A stretch of DNA of 64,000 bases from an uncultured Pseudomonadota bacterium. Lineage in GTDB: Bacteria; Oederibacteriota; Muellerivitia; Muellerivitales; Muellerivitaceae. Location: assembly GCA_963770835.1 (NCBI GenBank), contig CAVYRH010000002.1:160001-224000 (forward strand). Reading direction: 5' to 3'. Position numbers and translations under genes: made by a program. Under the pieces are notes generated by a model. It was not told where the DNA came from. It saw nothing but the letters and a program-made list of their open reading frames with translations, and searched no databases. Numbering within the stretch: the stretch's first letter is position 1; each line of letters starts with the position of its first letter. Positions 40,112-49,721 of this stretch are shown here, in pieces.

Positions 40112-40661
40112 ATCAGTTGTTGGCCTTTTGGGGCATGCTCCAGCGCCTCCCTTTTCCGGTTGCTTGGTTGAAGCAGGGGTCCTTCCCTCCAGGTGGTTTT
40201 GTTGTCCACCCTTCAGCGGTAGTGTGACCCCCTCCGACTTCCTCTCGCCCTTACCACTTTTCGGTTTTAGCCTTATAGCGGCAAGTCTTTTGGCGGGTAG
40301 GATCTCCCAGGTTGCTTGCATAGCCTTTCCAACATTCCGTTCCCCATACGCCGGAGGATTTGCCCCGCTTGCTCCAGATTCTTTAGCGGGATAATAGCCT
40401 TCGCCGGTAGACACGCGGCTCGGCATCCTCTTGCACCTTTCGGTGTCCCTTTCACGACGCGGCAAGATTCACTTGATGTTGCGGACTGCTGAATTGTTCC
40501 CTCACCAAATGAGGTTTATGACCCCGTTTCGGGCAGGACCTCTCGGCCCTACGCCGGGGGCTGACTTCCAGGCTCTCTGGCGATTACCTGGTCAGGACTT
40601 GGGCTGGCCCTCCTCGACCTACTCCCTCACCTGCTGGCTCTGCAAACCTTCGCTGGCACGC

Positions 40662-40691
40662 TGTCCACGAAGGGTCCCCGTCGTGGACAAC
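40662..40691 (-). repeat. 32-bp palindromic site C (last 2 nt at 37153-37154, beyond intron 2)
   Basis: GTTGTCCACGACGGG-GA-CCCTTCGTGGACA|AC; 15-bp arms with one mismatch. Confidence 0.85.
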
Positions 40692-40799
40692 AAACATAAT
40701 TAGGTTGCACATTACACAAGAGACACAAATTTGATCCAAAGAATGCTTTGCCACATCTTTGACAAAAATAAAAAAATTTTAAAACATCTAAAATCTAAG

Positions 40800-41852
40800 C
40801 CGAATTCACGGAGTAAGTGCAACACTTCGCCGGAAGACTTCCGCCGGAGTTTGAAAGCCCAGACACTTCTTAGGCCTGTTATTGAGGGACCTTTCGATTG
40901 CCTTGAGCTTCTTGGAGGACACTTTAGCAAGGTCAGTCTTTTTTGGCAAATAGCGGCGAACAAGACCAATGATATTTTCCACGGAACCTTTTTCCCAACT
41001 GTGGAAAGGAGCGCAGAAAAAGGATTTTGTACCAAGGACTTGATTGGTTTCCAGATGGTTGGTGTTTTCGGTTCCATTGTCATAGGTCAGACTCAGGCGA
41101 GCCTGTTGCGGGAAGCGGCTTAAAGTACGGTTAAGGCTATGACTCATTTGGAGAGCTGTCTTTCGTTTGAGCTTTCCCAGCTTGGAGAACCGGCTTTGAC
41201 GCTCGACGAGAGCGCGTACAGCAGCCTTACTTTGACGGGAAACCATAGTGTCCGTTTCCCAATGGCCAAACTGCTTGCGATGCTTGACGGTCTCTGGTCT
41301 CTTGTCGATGGAAACACGGCCTGGGATATGGCTTTTGGCGTGCCTGTGGCTGTGACCAAAGGCGAGCCGCCGCCGGTGGTGACGGACCAGGCAAGGAATC
41401 AGATCAGTGGCCTCAGCGTAAATCCACTGGTAGATGGCTTCGGGACCAATGGTTTGCTTAGGCCGCAGGTGGCCTAAACGGCCTGAAATGAGTTCGGGAG
41501 ACCAACCGCGTTTCAATTGGCGACGGACGTAGGCACGAATTCGTTTTGTTTTCAGGCGTAAACGACGAGCCCGTTGTTGGTTACGGGCCACATACCGTTG
41601 ATGGGCCCGATGGGAAAGATAGTAACCAGAACGGATGGGGGGAGCGTTGCGCTTGAGTTCCCTGGAGAGGGTGGAAGGAGACCTCTTCAAGGCGCGGGAG
41701 ATGGCCCGAAGGCTAAGGCCTTTTCCCTTCAAGACGGATAAATGATCTCTTTCCTCAACACTTAAATGCTTGTAGTTCTTTTTCATGGCCGCATATCCTA
41801 TGGATGCGGCCTTCTTCAGGCACTAAGTGTTGCACTTACTAATGGAACTCGG
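40800..41852 (-). mobile_element. IS30-family insertion sequence
   Basis: IRs CCGAATTCACGGAGTAAGTGCAACACTT / CCGAGTTCCATTAGTAAGTGCAACACTT. Confidence 0.9.
40806..41786 (-). CDS. IS30 transposase
   Basis: YKHLSVEER, STLSRELKRN, WSPELIS, GHWETDT, TYDNGTE, WEKGSVEN, LNNRPKKCLGF. Confidence 0.95.
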   Translation of the reverse strand: MKKNYKHLSVEERDHLSVLKGKGLSLRAISRALKRSPSTLSRELKRNAPPIRSGYYLSHRAHQRYVARNQQRARRLRLKTKRIRAYVRRQLKRGWSPELISGRLGHLRPKQTIGPEAIYQWIYAEATDLIPCLVRHHRRRLAFGHSHRHAKSHIPGRVSIDKRPETVKHRKQFGHWETDTMVSRQSKAAVRALVERQSRFSKLGKLKRKTALQMSHSLNRTLSRFPQQARLSLTYDNGTENTNHLETNQVLGTKSFFCAPFHSWEKGSVENIIGLVRRYLPKKTDLAKVSSKKLKAIERSLNNRPKKCLGFQTPAEVFRRSVALTP

Positions 41853-42170
41853 GTAATAAATTTTCATTATTAAAATAACATTGGGAATTTTGGGGATAAC
41901 TGCAACTGTGCGAGGTTGCATTCAACTACAACAATTTGTAGTAAGTGGCAACCAACTCCAACCTGTTGAAATGTTGGAACACACAATCGGTTTTCAATAT
42001 TGGGGTTTGTGGCTAAGGGGTGGCAAAGTTTTGGTGTCACACCCTGTCATTTACTGGCATTTTGTGACACCTTGACTTTGTCTTGTGGTTAGGAGGCAGG
42101 AGCAAAAAAATTTAAATTTTTATTTGTTTACAATGCTTTTTACAGAAGAGAGTGAAACCGGGAAATGGCA

Positions 42171-42207
42171 TTGGCAAGGTTGCACTCTACCACTGAGTTA
42201 TTCCCGC
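42171..42207 (-). repeat. att direct repeat = displaced 5' half of tRNA-Gly
   Basis: Identical to 10229-10265. Confidence 0.92.
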
Positions 42208-42244
42208 GTTTCCGGGCCTTGGAAGGCCTTGTGAACGGAGCGAA

Positions 42245-42273
42245 ATTATACTTTTCACGGCACCGGGAGTCAA
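42245..42273 (-). promoter_or_regulatory. Native tRNA-Gly/Cys promoter
   Basis: TTGACT-N17-TATAAT just upstream of the tRNA 5' fragment. Confidence 0.75.
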
Positions 42274-42333
42274 TAAAAGTGGATCAACCTCTACCCAAAC
42301 CTCGAGGCTATAACCGCCGGAGAACCAAAGGGT

Positions 42334-43156
42334 TTAGTCCTTTTTCAAGCCCAAATCCTTCACCACTTGTTCAATGATGTCGGCGTCGATTTGTTCCCGT
42401 TTCAACAAGATAGCCCTCCAACATCGCGTTGTCGCAAGTGGTATTGATAAGCCTGGGAATGCCCTTGGTGTAGTCGAATATCCTTTGGTAGGCGTTGGGC
42501 GTGAAAACTTCCTTCTCACAACCCGCCACGCTCAACCGGTGCTTGCAATATTGCTCGCTGGTCTCCCGCGTGAGGGATTTGATGAAAAATTTCATTGCCA
42601 CCCGTTGGAGCAAAGGCGGATCCAGACCCAGGTAGGTTTCCAATTCAGGGAGCCCCAAAAGCACGATGGAAATGAGCTTGCGGCCCGGAACCTCCAAATT
42701 CAAGAGGCCACGGAACTCCTCAAAAATTTCCTTTTTCTGGAGCATGTTGGCCTCGTCGATCAAGACCACCGCCTTACGTCCCTCCTCGTAAATTTTCATG
42801 AGGCGTTCGTAAAGCTGCGAGATGACCTGGCCCTTGGTTTCCGCCGGCGAGTCCACGCCCAATTGATGGGCTATCTTTTTGAGCATCCATTCGGCCGAAA
42901 TCTCGCTATGGACAATGACGAGGAGGGTGGCTTCGTATTGGGGATCTTGCTCGAGTTTTTCGAGCGCTTTACGGGCCAGGAGGGTTTTGCCTGCGCCGAT
43001 ATCGCCCACCACCACTGTAAGGCCCTTCATGGTGTCCACCGCATGAAGCATGCGCACCATGGCCTCGGCGTGTTGGCTGCTCTCGTAATAAAAACGGCTG
43101 TCCGGCGCGTTGGAAAAGGCTTGCTCTTTTAAACCGTAGAAGTTCTCGTAGCTCAT
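42334..43156 (-). CDS. ExeA/GspA-like AAA ATPase (apparent frameshift near the C-terminus)
   Basis: YENFYGLKEQAFSNAPD, GDIGAGKT, LIDEAN, GLPEL, GIPRLINT. Confidence 0.9.
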
Positions 43157-43251
43157 CGGGCAGTCCTTGGAACAGGCAAGAGCTACTCAACAGCCTGTCT
43201 TCCCGGTCGGGCCACCGGAAGGAGCTCCAGGCCCGGGATTCGTCGAATACG

Positions 43252-43280
43252 GGAAAAAGCCCTTCAACTAAGGCTTTTCC
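43252..43280 (-). terminator. Stem-loop after the TPR gene
   Basis: GGAAAAGCC..GGCTTTTTCC. Confidence 0.45.
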
Positions 43281-43288
43281 GCCTAAAA

Positions 43289-45784
43289 TCAGACGTAGCC
43301 TACCCTATTTGATTTCTTTTTGCCACCCGAATCTTTTTCCGGCTCAGTTGGATGGTTAGCCGGCGCAGGAGTCTCAATAGGCTTGGCGGACCCGGGGCTT
43401 GTGGGAGCGGCCTGGGAGGCCGCAGGTTTTTCAGGAACGCCGCCGGCGCCCTTGGCTTTGATCAAGGCTTCTACATCCCCCAATTTCTTCTTGGCTTCCA
43501 GGTTATCCGGTTCCGTTTGTGTAATACGGCGGTAAATCTTGGCAGCCTCCTCCAAAAGCCCCTGGCGCACGTAAATATCAGCCACGGCGATCGTCATGAA
43601 TTCGTCCCGACTATCCTCCAGTGAGTCTCCCCGCGATGGCGGCGGCGTACGGGAGGTCGCCGTTAGGCTGTTCGCAGCGGACTTTTCCCTTTCATCCCGC
43701 ACCCTTTTCTCAACTTCTTCCCGGATTTTCCGATCGGTCGCGTCTTGCGATTCCCGCGCCTTCCGTTCAGCCTCTTCTTGGGCCTTTTTAAGCGTGTCAT
43801 CCCTAAGACGTCTTTCTAATTCTTCCTTGTATTTTTTCTCAGCTTCCGCCTTGGCCAGCCGTTCCATTTCTTCCTGGGCCTTCTTCTCCGCTTCCTCCCG
43901 GGCCTTTTTCTCCAGCTCGGCCCTGGCCCTTTTATCCGCTTCTTGGCGCGCCTTCATCTCCAATTCTTCACGAAGGTGCTTGGCTTCCTCCTGGGCCTTT
44001 CTCTCCATCTCGGCCCTCAGGTGTTTTTCTTCCTCTTCTTTGGCCTTCTTTTCGGCCTCCAGTGCGCCGATGACATCTTCACCGGTTTTGACGTAGGCAG
44101 TATAGGCCTGGTTTAACTTTTGTTTCACTTGGGCGTCATGGGGATGGGCTTCCGCCATTTGCTGATAAATTTCGATGGCTTCCTCCACCATACCTTGCTT
44201 CAAGTAATTATCGGCGATGGCGAGCTGGGCTTTCAGCTCTTCCTGTGAATCCATTTCAGCGGAAAGCCCTGCTTTTTCCAAAGTTTCAGCCGGGGGAGGG
44301 GTGGCCGCCGGCCTCGGTGGCTGTGAAAAAGGTTTCGCGACTTCCTGTTCCAAATCCAAAACACCGGCGGTCGGGGTTTTGGATTCCGGGGTTTTCGCAT
44401 GACCGGCATCGGCCTTTACCGAAGATGCCGGCGTCGATACCACCATGGGCTCGGCGGATTTCGCGGGAGCCGCAGTCCCAGTGGCGACTTCTCCCATCAC
44501 CCTTTTCTGGGCTTCGGAATGGCTAGGGTTCAATTCCAAAGTTTTATGGACTGCCTCCATCATGGGTTCCTTCTTACCTTGCTTCTCATAGAGAAGGGCC
44601 AACTTGAAATAAGCGTCGGAGGCGCCTTGCGTGTCCCCGATTTGTCTTAGGGCCTCGGCTAGTTTGGAATGAGCCGAAATTGAATTTTCATCCAGGGAAA
44701 GCAGCGCCCGGGCGAACTCAGCGGTTTTGGCATGGTCGTTTTTGGAGGCATAATGGTCGATCAGTGTTCCTAAATTGGTAATAGCATCGTGCTTACTCCC
44801 CTTTTTAATGCAAAGCTCCACCCAGGCTTCCAAGGCGGCGGGGTTGTCCTTCTCGAGTTTCAGGGCTTTCTGGATATTCTCCGAGGCCTTGTCCGCCTGG
44901 TTAAGTTCCAGAAGAACCCTCCCCAGGTTCGTCAGCGCCCCTACATGGGCCACTTTGAAGCGCAGGAGACTCTCGAATTCCGCCTTGGCTTCGGATAGTT
45001 TTTGTTTTTTGAAAAACACCATGCCAAGGACGTAATGGGCCTCGATACTCTTAAGTTCCACCGCCTTAGCGGCATAAGTGTTGGCGTTTTCCAGGTCCCC
45101 GGTGTTAAGGGCTTGTTCGGCGGCGTTCAGGTATTCTTTTTTGGCTTCCCCATCCGAACCCTGTTTGATGTGGATTTGGGCCAGATTGACCCGGGCCTCG
45201 ATGTTGTTGGGGTCCAGCAGAACCACTTTCTGGAAAATCTCTTGGGCTTTTTTGAAGAGACGATTTTTCAGGAAGGCCCCGCCCAGCATCTGGTACTGTT
45301 TGAGGGCTTCGGGGATTTGCCCCTTCTTTTCGTACAGCTCGCCTAATTTGTAGAAGGCGGCGAGATTCTCGAGGTCGAGCTTCAACACCTCCGTCAAGGC
45401 CTCAATGGCGACGTCCATATCGCCTTGTTCCATGGCCGTCTCGGCTTTAAGGGTCTGCTTGATGAGGTTTTGTTTTTTTTGGGCTTCGGCGGGAAGGAGG
45501 CTCGCGTCAAGCGCGGCAATCTTTTTGTTGACGATGACAGCCTTGTCGGTTTGGCCGCGGGAGGAGAAATCCGTGGAAACCTTGATATATTCCTCGAAGG
45601 CTTCCCGGCTAGACCCCTTCTTGACGTAAACATCCCCCAGCATGTTATGGGTGTTGATATCCTCAGGATCCAGGGCGAGGAGTTTTTTATATTCCTCAAT
45701 GGCCTTATCCCAGCGCCCTTCCTGGAAATAAATATAGGCCATTTTAACGATATTTTTTTTATCCCCACCTGCTGGAGTGCTCAT
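43289..45784 (-). CDS. Large TPR-repeat protein with coiled-coil region
   Basis: Many TPR helices and an EEAERKA-type coiled coil. Confidence 0.85.
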   Translation of the reverse strand: MSTPAGGDKKNIVKMAYIYFQEGRWDKAIEEYKKLLALDPEDINTHNMLGDVYVKKGSSREAFEEYIKVSTDFSSRGQTDKAVIVNKKIAALDASLLPAEAQKKQNLIKQTLKAETAMEQGDMDVAIEALTEVLKLDLENLAAFYKLGELYEKKGQIPEALKQYQMLGGAFLKNRLFKKAQEIFQKVVLLDPNNIEARVNLAQIHIKQGSDGEAKKEYLNAAEQALNTGDLENANTYAAKAVELKSIEAHYVLGMVFFKKQKLSEAKAEFESLLRFKVAHVGALTNLGRVLLELNQADKASENIQKALKLEKDNPAALEAWVELCIKKGSKHDAITNLGTLIDHYASKNDHAKTAEFARALLSLDENSISAHSKLAEALRQIGDTQGASDAYFKLALLYEKQGKKEPMMEAVHKTLELNPSHSEAQKRVMGEVATGTAAPAKSAEPMVVSTPASSVKADAGHAKTPESKTPTAGVLDLEQEVAKPFSQPPRPAATPPPAETLEKAGLSAEMDSQEELKAQLAIADNYLKQGMVEEAIEIYQQMAEAHPHDAQVKQKLNQAYTAYVKTGEDVIGALEAEKKAKEEEEKHLRAEMERKAQEEAKHLREELEMKARQEADKRARAELEKKAREEAEKKAQEEMERLAKAEAEKKYKEELERRLRDDTLKKAQEEAERKARESQDATDRKIREEVEKRVRDEREKSAANSLTATSRTPPPSRGDSLEDSRDEFMTIAVADIYVRQGLLEEAAKIYRRITQTEPDNLEAKKKLGDVEALIKAKGAGGVPEKPAASQAAPTSPGSAKPIETPAPANHPTEPEKDSGGKKKSNRVGYV

Positions 45785-46163
45785 AAAACCTCAGGGAATC
45801 TGGCAGTAAGGGAAAAAAACCTTACCCGGCCCGACGCAAAAGCCGAATGTTTATCGGAGTTAAAATCGGCTAAAAATTAATGGTTTTGTCCGATTGCAAA
45901 ACTGAAAGAAGGACCTGCATCCCGCAAAAATCCTTTAATTCACTATAACATCGGCATTTTACCAACGCAAGAAAAGAGGCTCATGGCCGCCGTAAAGGAA
46001 TAAAGAAGATCCAAAAACATCCTTGGGGGCAAACCAGCGCGGCAGGATCGGGAAAACCCCTTTCTTTCTGCTTCGAAAGCGCCGGGTAAGTCGACCGAGC
46101 CGAAATCGAAGCCGGACTGGGTTCCTTCGCGCCAAATTTTCGAAACTTGGATATCGGATAACC

Positions 46164-46751
46164 CTAGGTTTTCCAGGTAAATTTGAGCTGCCGGTGTCGG
46201 AAACAGGTTGTGACATGGTCGTTGACCATGCCCACCGCCTGCATATGGGCGTAAACGACCGTAGGCCCCAGGAACTTGAACCCCTTTGCCTTAAGGTCTT
46301 TCGCCCAACCTTCAGCTTCCTTGGTAAAAGCCGGATAATCCCTCAAACGCCGGTACCGGTGGACAATAGGCCTTTCCTTAACCCAAGACCACATATACCG
46401 CGAAAAGGTCCCGAATTCGCGCCGTACTTCCTGGAACCTTCTGGCGTTGTGGATTGCCGCAACAATTTTGGCCCGGTTGCGGATAATGCCCTTGTCCCGA
46501 AGAAGGCGGGCTATTTCCTTCGCTCCAAACTTGGCAACCTTCCGAAAATCAAACGCCGCGAAGGCTTTGCGGAAATTTTCCCGTTTGTACAGAACCGTTC
46601 TCCAGGACAATCCAGCCTGAAAGGTTTCCAAAACGAGGAACTCGTAGATCTTCCGGTCGTCACGGAGGGGTTTCCCCCATTCTTTGTCATGGTAGGCGGT
46701 CATTAGCGGATCATCGGAGGGCCAGGGACAGCGGGAGAGGGACTTCTTCAT
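46164..46751 (-). CDS. tag: DNA-3-methyladenine glycosylase I
   Basis: RCPW, YHDKEWG, LETFQAGLSW, IIRNRAKI, HMQAVGMVNDH. Confidence 0.95.
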   Translation of the reverse strand: MKKSLSRCPWPSDDPLMTAYHDKEWGKPLRDDRKIYEFLVLETFQAGLSWRTVLYKRENFRKAFAAFDFRKVAKFGAKEIARLLRDKGIIRNRAKIVAAIHNARRFQEVRREFGTFSRYMWSWVKERPIVHRYRRLRDYPAFTKEAEGWAKDLKAKGFKFLGPTVVYAHMQAVGMVNDHVTTCFRHRQLKFTWKT

Positions 46752-46982
46752 GAAATTAACCGCAGGTCGTGGTATTTGAACATGTTTTTTCCTCTCCATG
46801 GAGTTTTGGTGAGTTCTATAATCCGCTTCAACGTCACTTTAACCTAACCTTCAATTCCAACAGTGGCAACACCGCTACGACCAACGCTTCTTCCTAGGGT
46901 TTGCTGCTTTCCGGCTATCCTAAAAAAAATCCGCCTTTATACCGTACTTGAATAATTGCTTTTTAAATGTTAAAGAATTCCC

Positions 46983-47558
46983 ATGCATAAGGGAAGGTTG
47001 GAAGCTTTCAGCGACGGCGTCATCGCCATCATCATCACCATCATGGTGTTGAACCTGCAGCCTCCCCAGGGCGCCGATACCTCCGCCCTAGCGCCCCTTC
47101 TCCCCCGCCTGGCTGGCTATGCCCTCAGTTTTGTTTTCCTGGGCATTTATTGGAGCAACCACCATCACCTCTTGCAAGCAGCCCAAAAGGTGAACGGCGC
47201 CATCCTTTGGGCCAACCTTCATTTGCTGTTCTGGCTTTCCCTGACACCCTTCGTGACGGCCTGGATGGATGAAACCGGTTTCGCGGCCCTGCCCACGGCC
47301 CTCTATGGGGTAATCCTGTTCCTGGCGGCGGTGGCCTATTACATCCTGGTGCGTGCCCTTATCGCCCATCACGGCAAAAATTCAACCCTAGCTCAGGCAA
47401 TCGGCCAGGATTTCAAGGGCAAGTTGTCGGTCATCCTTTATGCCGCGGCGATCCCCCTTTCCTTCCTTCAACACTCGGTCGCTTTGGGAATCTACGTCTT
47501 GGTGGCCGTCATTTGGCTCGTTCCCGACCAGCGCATTGAGAAGAATCTGTCGGCCTGA
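46983..47558 (+). CDS. TMEM175 family (DUF1211) potassium channel
   Basis: RLEAFSDGVIAIIITIMVL, YWSNHH, WLVPDQRIE. Confidence 0.92.
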   Translation: MHKGRLEAFSDGVIAIIITIMVLNLQPPQGADTSALAPLLPRLAGYALSFVFLGIYWSNHHHLLQAAQKVNGAILWANLHLLFWLSLTPFVTAWMDETGFAALPTALYGVILFLAAVAYYILVRALIAHHGKNSTLAQAIGQDFKGKLSVILYAAAIPLSFLQHSVALGIYVLVAVIWLVPDQRIEKNLSA

Positions 47559-47580
47559 CTTACGGCGCCGAAGACATATC

Positions 47581-49374
47581 TCATCCGATATACCCGCCCT
47601 TCTGAAGATTCCAAAGTTTCCGGTAAAGGCCCGGCTTCCGGATCAATTCCCGGTGATTCCCCTGCTGGACCACCCTGCCTTTGTCTAAGACGACGATGAT
47701 ATCCGCGCTCATGATGGTGGAAAGACGGTGGGCGATGAGGATGCAGGTCCTTCCTTTCATCAAGTCCTTCAAACCCTTTTGAATTTCATGCTCCGTTTCC
47801 GAATCCAGCGAGGAAGTGGCTTCGTCCAGGATGAGGATTTTCTTGTCCGCGAGGAGGGCCCGGGCAATGGAAACCCTCTGCTTTTCCCCACCGGAAAGTT
47901 TCACCCCCCGCTCCCCCACGATGGTTTTTTCCTTGGAAGGCAGGCCCTCGATGAATTTCGCGAGTTGGGCGAACCGGATGGCGGCGAAAACCTGTTGGCG
48001 GGAGGCCCCGGGGTTGGAGAAGGCGATATTGTTGTAGAGGGTGTCATCGAAGAGAATGCATTCTTGCGGCACCATGGAAAGGGAATCCCGGAGGGAGGTT
48101 TGGGTCACCTCCCGGACACCCTGCCCATCCAATCGGATAGAACCCTTTTCCACATCGTAAAGCCGGTAGAGAAGGCGAATCAGGGTGGTCTTGCCCGCGC
48201 CCGAGGGCCCGACCACCGCCACCCTCTTATGCGCGGGTACTTTGAGGGTAAATCCGGCAAGAATGGGCCTTTTTCGGTAAGTAAAGACCACATCCTTGAA
48301 CTCGATGGTCCCTTTCTCCAAATGAAGCGCCTTGGCACCCGGTTTGTCCTTGATCTCATTGCCGGTCTTTCCGTATTGGAACAAGTCCTCGAAGTCGGCG
48401 ACGGCCCGGTACATATTGCGGATGCCCATGACGAAGCCTGAAAGGTACTGGAGGAGCGTTCCAAATTGGGTGAAGACGAAAACAAACTCGCCCATGCTCA
48501 GGGTTTTGTCCTTAATGTCCTCCATGGAAAAATAAATGAGGAAAAAAGTCCCCATCCCAACAATGAAGTACTGACCAGCCTCCGAAAGCTTGTACTGGTC
48601 CCAAAAATGCAGCTGGAGCTCCCGGGTCTTCTCGCTGATGTCGAAAAAACGCCTCTCCACGTCCCTTTCCTTGGCGAAATACTTGATGGACTCGATATTG
48701 GTGAAGACGTCGCTGATGTTAGCCTTCTCGATGTCGGAGATGTTGTTGTACATGGCGTTGGGTTTCCTTTGCCGCAAAACGAAGTAATAGGAAAAACCCA
48801 TGTAGGACACCACCGTCGCCAGCACCACACACCCCACCTGCCGGGTGAAATGGGCGATGAGGACGCCCGAAAGGGCCATCTGGAAAAGAATGGGGATGAA
48901 CTGGAAAACGAAGACGTCGGTCATGGTTTCAACCGCCCCCGACCCGCGGATCAGTCGCGAAATGAGCGACCCGGTCTTGTGGGAGGTATGGAAGCCGTGG
49001 GAAAGCGCGAGGATATGGTTAAAAAAATGGCGTTTGATGTCGGCGATCAGGCGGGATTCGAGCCGGTTAATCCAGGAAAGGTTCTGCCAACGCGCCAGCG
49101 CCCGGGCAAAGGGAATAGCCAGGAGAACCCATAGGAGGGGCTGGAGAAGATCCTCGAATTCCCCCAGGGTCTTTTGATGATTCAGGTATTGGGTGGCCGC
49201 GTCCACGACCCGCCCGAAGTAAATGTTGAAAAGGGGATCCAGGGCCGTGACAAAAAAGATCAACCCGGCCAAGAAGAAACATCCCCATTTATACTTCTTC
49301 AAGAACCCGAAATAGACCTTGAAGTTGTACCGGAAGTCGATGAATTCCTTGTCAGAGACTTCAATGTCCGACAT
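47581..49374 (-). CDS. ABC exporter, fused permease/ATPase
   Basis: GPSGAGKT, LSGGEKQR, ILDEATSSLD; N-terminal TMD. Confidence 0.93.
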   Translation of the reverse strand: MSDIEVSDKEFIDFRYNFKVYFGFLKKYKWGCFFLAGLIFFVTALDPLFNIYFGRVVDAATQYLNHQKTLGEFEDLLQPLLWVLLAIPFARALARWQNLSWINRLESRLIADIKRHFFNHILALSHGFHTSHKTGSLISRLIRGSGAVETMTDVFVFQFIPILFQMALSGVLIAHFTRQVGCVVLATVVSYMGFSYYFVLRQRKPNAMYNNISDIEKANISDVFTNIESIKYFAKERDVERRFFDISEKTRELQLHFWDQYKLSEAGQYFIVGMGTFFLIYFSMEDIKDKTLSMGEFVFVFTQFGTLLQYLSGFVMGIRNMYRAVADFEDLFQYGKTGNEIKDKPGAKALHLEKGTIEFKDVVFTYRKRPILAGFTLKVPAHKRVAVVGPSGAGKTTLIRLLYRLYDVEKGSIRLDGQGVREVTQTSLRDSLSMVPQECILFDDTLYNNIAFSNPGASRQQVFAAIRFAQLAKFIEGLPSKEKTIVGERGVKLSGGEKQRVSIARALLADKKILILDEATSSLDSETEHEIQKGLKDLMKGRTCILIAHRLSTIMSADIIVVLDKGRVVQQGNHRELIRKPGLYRKLWNLQKGGYIG

Positions 49375-49721
49375 AGATGAAAGCCCTCTTTAACCCATGA
49401 TGGATGATATTTTTACCGGCTTTGACTAATGAACAAGCACATTTATGAATCCCAAGACAGCATCTTAGAATAATAAAATTGATTTGAGCGGGTGAGAAAA
49501 TGGGTAAAAAGAGGTTCTCACGCCAAAAAGGACAGTTTATTTAAATAAAAAACAAAATAAACGTCCAGACCCAGATTTATAAACTTAACAGATCGATTAA
49601 GGTCCAAACAAACACCGTTGAGTCGGGTAAAACCTTGAGCGGCGGAAAAGAAGAAGCTTATGATCCAGTCCATGCAAAAAATTCCTGTCCGATTTACAAT
49701 GGTGCGAATGGATGGCACTGC

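Larger units (their letters stand above)
37155..40661 (-). mobile_element. Group II intron 2 (interrupted by an IS1111-type element)
   Basis: 5' GCGTG; domain V (AAGCCGTATGATCGAAAAGGTCACGTACGGTTT); 3' end CTCTAC; removing it restores palindromic site C; EBS1 loop at 40407-40413. Confidence 0.88.

Noticed and set aside
33465..40691. Palindromic repeats as a CRISPR array or canonical attC sites
   Set aside because: Spacing is gene-sized, no cas or intI gene is present, and there are no RYYYAAC/GTTRRRY boxes
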